Positions 56,729 through 64,000 of a stretch of DNA of 64,000 nt are shown one piece after another. This DNA is from Polyangium mundeleinium. GTDB taxonomy: Bacteria; Myxococcota_A; Polyangia; Polyangiales; Polyangiaceae. A program made the position numbers and the translations under genes. The stretch spans positions 1,715,711 to 1,779,710 of the forward strand of contig NZ_JAQNDO010000001.1 of assembly GCF_028369105.1 (NCBI RefSeq), in the 5' to 3' direction. The notes beneath the pieces are model-generated. The model did not search any database. It was not told where the DNA came from and saw nothing but the letters and a program-made list of their open reading frames with translations. Positions within the stretch are counted from its first letter, which is position 1. Each line of letters begins with the position of its first letter.

Positions 56729-57802
56729 ATGATACGCTTCGCCAAACTCCGTATCGTCGCGTCCCTCTTGCTCGCCGCCTGCTCGGCGCCCGCCGTGCCC
56801 TCGGACCAGGCACCCGCGGCCGCGAGCGCTTCCGCCGCCCCGCCCGCACCCGCCTCCGCCTCCGCCTCCGCGCCCGCTCCCGCGCCCGCCTCCGCGCCCG
56901 CCTCCGCCTCCGCGCCCGCTCCCGCTCCCCCCTCCCTTTCAGCGGACGACGCCGTGACGCTGCTTTTCCCCGGCGATGCGTCCGCCGCAGCCGCTTGCAC
57001 CGAAATCGACCCACGGGCGCGCATTCGTTGCCTGATCGGAAAACGCTACGAAGGGCACACGTCTGCGCGGGCCACCGTGCTCTCGCTTTACGAAAAGACC
57101 GGTAGCGTCGTCGGCGTCGAGGAGCCTTACGTCATGGCGGGCGGCTTCCGCGGCTCGATTCGTATCGTCCCTGAGCTGCCCGTGGGCCGGTACGAAAAAC
57201 ACCTCACCTGGGTCGCCGAGGCGAGCGCCGATTTCGACGCCTTCTTCGACGGCGTCGCCGCCCGCGCGAAGGCAGGCGTCCACTATCGACATCGCGCCCT
57301 TTCCTGGAAGTTTTTTCGCTCTGTCGGCCGCACGACCCCTTCCGCGTACGCGAGCGGCTGGAGCATCGGCTACAACGTCTCGGGCTCGCTCCACGGCTCT
57401 GCGGAGGCCGTACGGGAAACCCTGTTCCACGAGATTTTCCACCTGAACGACGCCGCGCGGCTCTCGGGGCCCGAGCAATGGTCCCGCAAGAAGCTCGGAT
57501 CGATCCACGACGCCATCCTCCAGAAATGCAGCACGAAGCCCTCGTGCCTCGCGCCGTACGCGCCCATGCCCACGATGGTCCGCGGCGGGACCTATTACGC
57601 GTTCCAGCCGAACAACGGCGACGCCGTGAACGAGTACGGCGCCGACCTCGCCGCCCGGTACTATCGCGAGACGCGCGCCGTGCTCCGCGGCGAAAAACCG
57701 ATCAAGCCGGCGTTCAAATGCGGACCCGAGGAGAATGGCCGAGCCTGGAGAATCCTGGTGGACGAGTTCTTCGGCGGCGTGGACCTCGTCGCGGAATGTT
57801 AG
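56729..57802 (+). CDS. Lipoprotein with an Ala/Pro/Ser-rich linker and a putative HExxH metallopeptidase-like domain.
   Basis: The start is MIRFAKLRIVASLLLAA|CS. The linker reads (ASAPAPAP)n. The C-terminal domain carries TLFHEIFHLND (HExxH). Confidence 0.65.
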   Translation: MIRFAKLRIVASLLLAACSAPAVPSDQAPAAASASAAPPAPASASASAPAPAPASAPASASAPAPAPPSLSADDAVTLLFPGDASAAAACTEIDPRARIRCLIGKRYEGHTSARATVLSLYEKTGSVVGVEEPYVMAGGFRGSIRIVPELPVGRYEKHLTWVAEASADFDAFFDGVAARAKAGVHYRHRALSWKFFRSVGRTTPSAYASGWSIGYNVSGSLHGSAEAVRETLFHEIFHLNDAARLSGPEQWSRKKLGSIHDAILQKCSTKPSCLAPYAPMPTMVRGGTYYAFQPNNGDAVNEYGADLAARYYRETRAVLRGEKPIKPAFKCGPEENGRAWRILVDEFFGGVDLVAEC

Positions 57803-57807
57803 AACGT

Positions 57808-58308
57808 TCAATCCCAGTGGTTGAACACCACGTGGCCGAGCTGCGCGGGATCCCAGGATGATGCCTGCGCGAGCTCGTCCTGGTCGAGCAGGCCGCGGCG
57901 CTCACACGTCTTCCCATCGAACGGGGCTTGCAGGTCCTCCGCAGCCGCGATCTCGTAAGCGCCGTAAAATCCTGCCGCGAGCGCGGGCGCGTCGAGGAAC
58001 GTGTACAGCAGGTTCCCGGGCCCGTCCTCGCTCGCCCGCGCGAATGCGACGATCGGGAAGACTTCATTGAGCAGCACGAGGACGTGCGCCGGGAGCCCCG
58101 CATGCCCGAGCAGAAGCCGCGCGCGGTGGTGATTTCGACCGGCATTCGGGGCGTCGAACCAGAGGATCTGGTTCTTGCCGTGCAGCCCGCGCAGCGCCGC
58201 GTGGCAGGACGCCCGGAAGGTCGCCGCGTCGGGGGGCGGCCCGGGATATCCGCCAAAGCCGGTGATCCCCGGCCGGAGCAACACGCCCATCGCGTCCCGC
58301 GCGCCCAT
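57808..58308 (-). CDS. Hypothetical protein (166 aa).
   Basis: Composition is unbiased, unlike the overlapping Arg-rich ORF 57714..58256. I have no recognisable family for it. It is convergent with the upstream lipoprotein gene with a 5-nt gap. Confidence 0.35.
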   Translation of the reverse strand: MGARDAMGVLLRPGITGFGGYPGPPPDAATFRASCHAALRGLHGKNQILWFDAPNAGRNHHRARLLLGHAGLPAHVLVLLNEVFPIVAFARASEDGPGNLLYTFLDAPALAAGFYGAYEIAAAEDLQAPFDGKTCERRGLLDQDELAQASSWDPAQLGHVVFNHWD

Positions 58309-58454
58309 CTTCTTCGCCCTCGCCCTGCTGGATCCTACCGCCGATTCCGTTGCGTTCCGTCATCATCCTCGCACGCTGTCTGCACAATGTCATCGCCTCC
58401 CGCGCGAGGCTCTGGTTTGATGGCGCCCGGACCCACCGATCGGAGGGAGCTGCC

Positions 58455-60164
58455 ATGAATGCGACGAACACCCGATACGCGCGGAGCGCAGGCATCTTGC
58501 TGCTCCTTTGGCCCCTCGGTGTTTCCTGCGGGGAGACACCGCCCGGCGGCGGGCCCGGACCCGGGCCCGAGCCCGAGCCCGAGGTCGTGCTCCCTCCGCC
58601 GCTCGATTCGCTCCCGCCCGTCATGCCCACGAACACCGATCGCTTCGCGACCAGCGGCCAGTGCGGGCAATGCCACTTCGCCGGCCCGGAATCGACCGTG
58701 ATGCACGACACCGCCGGTAACGACATTTCGCCGGTGTATCTATGGCGAAGCTCGATGATGGCCTTCGCCGCGCGGGATCCTTATTACCTCGCGGTCTTCG
58801 GCGAGGAGCTCGTCAAGCATTCCGGCCGCGAGGCGTTCGTCGAGGAGACGTGCACGCGTTGCCACGCGCCGGCCGGGTCCGAGGAGCAAGCGCAGGCGGG
58901 CGCGCATTTGACGTTCGACGCCCTGGTCGCGGGCGACGGCGAAGAGGCGCACCTCGCCCGCGACGGGGTGACGTGCACCTTGTGCCACCAGATCGCCGAC
59001 GACGGGCTCGGAAAAACGCAGAGCTTCGCGGGCGGCTTCGTCATTGGATACGAGCGGAAGATCTATGGCCCGCACCTCGTGCCCAAGGTCGACCCGATGG
59101 AGCTCATCGTGAATTACACGCCCACCGCCTCCGCGCACATCACGAAGAGCGAGGTCTGCGCCACGTGTCACACGGTGCTCGTGCCCGTCATGAAGGGCGA
59201 CCAGCGCGTGGGGGATTTCCTGGAGCAGGCGCCCTACCTGGAATGGAAGAACTCCACGTTCGCGTCGGGGGTTCCATGCGCCACCTGCCATTTGCCCACG
59301 CAGGACGAGGCGAAGGTCGACATTTCCTCGCCCATTGCCAAGTTCCCCGCGGGGCTCGGCGCGCGCACGCCGTACGGTCAGCATCGGTTCAGCGGAGGCA
59401 ATTCGTACATGCTGCGGATCCTCGCGGACAACGTCGAATGGACGGGCGCGAACGTGGCGCCGGAGGAGCTCGAGCAATCGGCGGCGCGGGCCGAGGCGCA
59501 CATCGCCGAGGGAGGGGTCGTCAAGATTCTCTCTGCGTCGATGGCGGGCAGCGCGCTCTCCGTCGAGGTGCAGGTCGAGAACCACGCGGGGCACAAGTTC
59601 CCCACGGGGTATCCGAGCCGGCGCGCGTGGATTCATTTGCGCGCCGAGGGCGCGGGCGGCGAGGTGCTCTTCGAATCGGGCGGGTTCGACGCGACGGGCG
59701 CCCTCGTGGACCGCGCGGGTGCGCGGCTCGATCGCGCCGATACGGTCCTGCCGCACCTCGACCTCGTCACGAAGGAATCCGAGGTGCAGGTCTACGAGGC
59801 CGTCGCGAAGGACGCCACGGGCGCGCCCACGCATCGGCCGCTCGCGTCGGTCGGGTTTGTCAAGGACAATCGCCTCCTGCCCCTGGGCTGGTCCAGCGCG
59901 GATACGTGGATCGACTGGATCGGGCCCGTGGGCGTTTCGGGCGACGGCACGTTTCAGGCCGGCTTCGACCGCGTCACGTACAAGATCGAAGGCGGCGCGG
60001 CGGTCCGGCGCGTGAAGGTGGAGCTTTTGTATCAATCGGTGCGTCCCACCGAGCTCGATTCGCTCGCGCGGGTGCCCCACCCTGCCGCGGTGCGTTTCTC
60101 CAGCATGGCGAGCGCGAGGCCGTCGATTCCCGTGGTCGCCGCGCAGGCGCTGATCGAACTCTGA
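58455..60164 (+). CDS. Pentaheme c-type cytochrome lipoprotein.
   Basis: The signal peptide and lipobox read LLLLWPLGVS|CG. Five CxxCH motifs are present (CGQCH, CTRCH, CTLCH, CATCH, CATCH). The start is the internal Met of the track ORF. Confidence 0.75.
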   Translation: MNATNTRYARSAGILLLLWPLGVSCGETPPGGGPGPGPEPEPEVVLPPPLDSLPPVMPTNTDRFATSGQCGQCHFAGPESTVMHDTAGNDISPVYLWRSSMMAFAARDPYYLAVFGEELVKHSGREAFVEETCTRCHAPAGSEEQAQAGAHLTFDALVAGDGEEAHLARDGVTCTLCHQIADDGLGKTQSFAGGFVIGYERKIYGPHLVPKVDPMELIVNYTPTASAHITKSEVCATCHTVLVPVMKGDQRVGDFLEQAPYLEWKNSTFASGVPCATCHLPTQDEAKVDISSPIAKFPAGLGARTPYGQHRFSGGNSYMLRILADNVEWTGANVAPEELEQSAARAEAHIAEGGVVKILSASMAGSALSVEVQVENHAGHKFPTGYPSRRAWIHLRAEGAGGEVLFESGGFDATGALVDRAGARLDRADTVLPHLDLVTKESEVQVYEAVAKDATGAPTHRPLASVGFVKDNRLLPLGWSSADTWIDWIGPVGVSGDGTFQAGFDRVTYKIEGGAAVRRVKVELLYQSVRPTELDSLARVPHPAAVRFSSMASARPSIPVVAAQALIEL

Positions 60165-60178
60165 AAGAGAGGAACCAG

Positions 60179-60913
60179 ATGGGTAGCCAATACGACACAC
60201 TCGCAGCGATCACGAACCTCACGGCCGAACTGCCATTGCGAAAGTATTACGAGGAGTACACGTTCTTCCAGGCGCTCGGCGACATCAAGGGCCGCTCGGT
60301 GCTCGACGTCGCCTGCGGCACGGGGCTCTACAGCCGTCGATTCCAGCAGCGCGGCGCGGCGCGTGTCGTGGGCATCGACAACTCCGAGGGCATGATCGAC
60401 TATGCGCGCCACCTCGAAGCGTCGCAGCCGCTCGGCATCGAGTACCACGTGCTCGACGCCGCGAGCGCCCGCGGCCTCGGCACCTTCGACGTCGTCGCCG
60501 CGACCTACCTCCTGCATTACGCGCCGACGCGGGAGGTGCTGCGCGACATGTGCGCGAGCCTGTTCGCCTCCCTCGCGCCGGGCGGCCGACTCGTGTCCAT
60601 TTGCATGAGCCCCGGCATCGAGCTCGCGGACGCCTCGTATTATCGGAAATACAGCTTCGAAGTGGCGTCGCACGGCGAGGGAGACGGCGACGTCGCCACC
60701 CTGACGAGCGTCGCGCCGGGGCTGCCGTTCACGATCGCCGCGCATCACTGGAGCCGCGCCACCTACGAGGAAGCCCTGCGGGGAGCCGGCTTGCGCGAGA
60801 TCGTCTGGCACCCGCCGCAGATCGCCCCGGAGGGGATCACGGCGCTCGGGACCGAATTCTGGGCCGAATACCTCCGCCGCCCGCACGCCGAAGTTTTTTC
60901 TTGCGTGAAGTGA
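60179..60913 (+). CDS. Class I SAM-dependent methyltransferase.
   Basis: Motif I (VLDVACGTGLYS) and the post-I acidic residue (GIDNSE) are present. The 244-aa protein starts at an ATG 15 nt after the cytochrome stop. Confidence 0.75.
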   Translation: MGSQYDTLAAITNLTAELPLRKYYEEYTFFQALGDIKGRSVLDVACGTGLYSRRFQQRGAARVVGIDNSEGMIDYARHLEASQPLGIEYHVLDAASARGLGTFDVVAATYLLHYAPTREVLRDMCASLFASLAPGGRLVSICMSPGIELADASYYRKYSFEVASHGEGDGDVATLTSVAPGLPFTIAAHHWSRATYEEALRGAGLREIVWHPPQIAPEGITALGTEFWAEYLRRPHAEVFSCVK

Positions 60914-60914
60914 A

Positions 60915-61196
60915 TCAACGCGGGCGCACCGCGAACCGGCGGGGCTGGCGCCGGTTCTTGTCGACGATGCCCGCGATGAGGATTGCGAACGCCAGGAGCC
61001 GCACGAGAAAGATCCAATGCCTGCTTTCGTAGTCCCCGCGCACGAACGCGAGGACCGAGCGCTCGACGGAGAGGAGCGCGAAGACCAGCGAGAGCAGCGC
61101 GAACAGCCGCTCGCGGCTCTTTCGCCAGAATCGAAGGAAAAACAGGCTGACGGCCAGGGCCATGCCCACGAACACGCCTGAGAGAAGCTGGATCAC
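60915..61196 (-). CDS. Small 3-TM membrane protein (93 aa). Second member of a translationally coupled pair.
   Basis: The GTG start overlaps the upstream stop (GTGA). The sequence is VIQLLSGVFVGMALAVSLFFLRFWRKSRERLFALLSLVFALLSVERS...WIFLVRLLAFAILIAGIV. Confidence 0.5.
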   Translation of the reverse strand: MIQLLSGVFVGMALAVSLFFLRFWRKSRERLFALLSLVFALLSVERSVLAFVRGDYESRHWIFLVRLLAFAILIAGIVDKNRRQPRRFAVRPR

Positions 61197-61450
61197 GTGA
61201 CCTCCGTGATCATCCCGTACAGGAGGAGACCTACTGCGATGACCGCGGTCACGACGCGCGGGATCGACAGATCGGCGAGCGGCCCGATCAGGAGATCGGT
61301 GAGGAGCAGCAGGTTGTTCAGGGCCATCGCGGAGAAACTGAGGCCCGTCCACAGAATGAGCCGCAGGCGGGTATGTCGGTAGTTCTTGAGCAAAAGCGCC
61401 GCGCAGACCAGGCTGGTCAGCAGGCAGAGCGCATAAACGGTCTCAGCCAT
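61193..61450 (-). CDS. Small 3-TM membrane protein (85 aa). First member of the pair.
   Basis: MAETVYALCLLTSLVCAALLLKNYRHTRLRLILWTGLSFSAMALNNLLLLTDLLIGPL...VVTAVIAVGLLLYGMI. It is the unbiased C-terminal part of track ORF 61193..61891. Confidence 0.5.
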   Translation of the reverse strand: MAETVYALCLLTSLVCAALLLKNYRHTRLRLILWTGLSFSAMALNNLLLLTDLLIGPLADLSIPRVVTAVIAVGLLLYGMITEVT

Positions 61451-61844
61451 CCCGATCCTTTCTGAACCGGAACCCCTCGGCGTACACGTGCAGGTCGGAG
61501 ATCGGGTTCGAAAAAATGCTCTCAAGCACCTTGTAACGGAGCTCCGTGTACGCCGCCGATAACTGCGCGACGCCCTCGTCGAGCGAGGGCGTCGCGGGGG
61601 CGTACCTGTAGACGAGCACCTTGGAGCCGGGGCGCGACGTGACGAGCCCGCTCGCCTCCAGATCCGCGAGACGGCGGATGACCGATTGCTCGCTCGTGCG
61701 GAGCGCCTCGCAGATCCCGCGGGCGGTCCACTCGTCGTCCGGCGCGCCGCGCAGGAGGAGCAGAATCTCCAGCTGCTCCACCGAAGTGATGTGGTCGGCG
61801 ATGAACCGCGCGACCTCGTCGGGTAATCGCCGCTCTTCGGCCAA
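61443..61844 (-). CDS. Winged-helix (MarR/ArsR-like) transcriptional regulator, about 133 aa.
   Basis: VEQLEILLLLRGAPDDEWTARGICEALRTSEQSVIRRLADLEASGLVT reads as a wHTH. The TTG start is uncertain. It overlaps the downstream small membrane gene by 8 nt. Confidence 0.45.
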   Translation of the reverse strand: MAEERRLPDEVARFIADHITSVEQLEILLLLRGAPDDEWTARGICEALRTSEQSVIRRLADLEASGLVTSRPGSKVLVYRYAPATPSLDEGVAQLSAAYTELRYKVLESIFSNPISDLHVYAEGFRFRKDRDG

Positions 61845-62061
61845 TGTCTCTCCCGATCGTGGGACGTACCATTCGTGCGAACACCTCGCAACCGGACGGC
61901 GACAATCTTGGAGGACGGGCAAGCCGTGCAATCGCGGACGTGACGGACTCATGCATGATGATGCAAGCGTGCTGTCCCAAACAAAGCTATGCCAGGTCCT
62001 TGACCACACTGGGTGAAGACCGCTCATACAGCGGACCAAGGACGTCCCTGGGGAACGAGGA

Positions 62062-64000
<1,939 letters not shown>

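Noticed and set aside
55356-57024. A 552-aa minus ORF and other Arg-rich ORFs across the Gly-rich lipoprotein gene and the (ASAP)n linker.
   Set aside because: They are low-complexity translations of Gly/Ala/Pro-codon repeats in the wrong frame or on the wrong strand.

Overview
The window is about 70% GC and looks myxobacterial, based on three things: a MYXO-CTERM sorting tail on a secreted metalloprotease, several Hanks-type Ser/Thr kinases paired with an FHA-sigma54 activator, and abundant lipoproteins with Gly-rich linkers. I call about 53 protein-coding genes and one tRNA-Leu(GAG), the latter with a plausible promoter and a clean intrinsic terminator. Genes are densely packed, with frequent ATGA/GTGA start-stop overlaps and convergent genes separated by only 1 to 5 nt. 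I found no transposase, integrase, phage genes or CRISPR array. Most long minus-strand or alternate-frame ORFs in the six-frame track are Arg-rich antisense artefacts of the GC bias, and I reject them.

Gene content, left to right:
- a truncated nitrilase-family gene;
- a znuACB zinc-uptake operon;
- an Uma2 endonuclease and a hotdog thioesterase;
- a 1314-aa Cys-rich lipoprotein translationally coupled to a FadL/TodX-family outer-membrane barrel;
- an FHA-sigma54 activator, Ser/Thr kinase and DUF2809 module;
- a fused trehalose-6-phosphate synthase/phosphatase;
- a MATE efflux pump, Hap and YhbY;
- a degenerate Ser/Thr pseudokinase with an (AP)n linker;
- a DHH phosphoesterase;
- a receiver gene divergent from two tandem histidine kinases, followed by a four-gene small stress-protein cluster (ElaB/YqjD x2, glycine-zipper, YtxH);
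- a 15-kb same-strand cluster: a zinc-ribbon + GYF-like + TM + TPR protein (GltJ/AgmX-like architecture), SppA, a 2232-aa helical-repeat giant protein with a poly-proline segment, two lipoproteins and a hybrid histidine kinase;
- tRNA-Leu;
- a MYXO-CTERM M4-like metalloprotease, a HAD hydrolase and a second Ser/Thr kinase;
- a gpsA to PlsB-like acyltransferase lipid operon, preceded by a 720-bp noncoding region with nested tandem repeats and an AT-rich palindromic island;
- a Gly-rich lipoprotein and a HExxH lipoprotein;
- a pentaheme c-type cytochrome lipoprotein plus a methyltransferase;
- a regulator followed by two translationally coupled small 3-TM proteins;
- the start of a cytoplasmic poly-HAMP signalling protein encoded by near-identical 276-bp tandem repeats that runs off the right edge.

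The strongest candidates for an under-described system are the GltJ-like / SppA / giant-protein / lipoprotein cluster and the big lipoprotein + FadL-like pair. Coordinates I derived by hand-counting inside a track ORF may be off by 1 to 3 nt.
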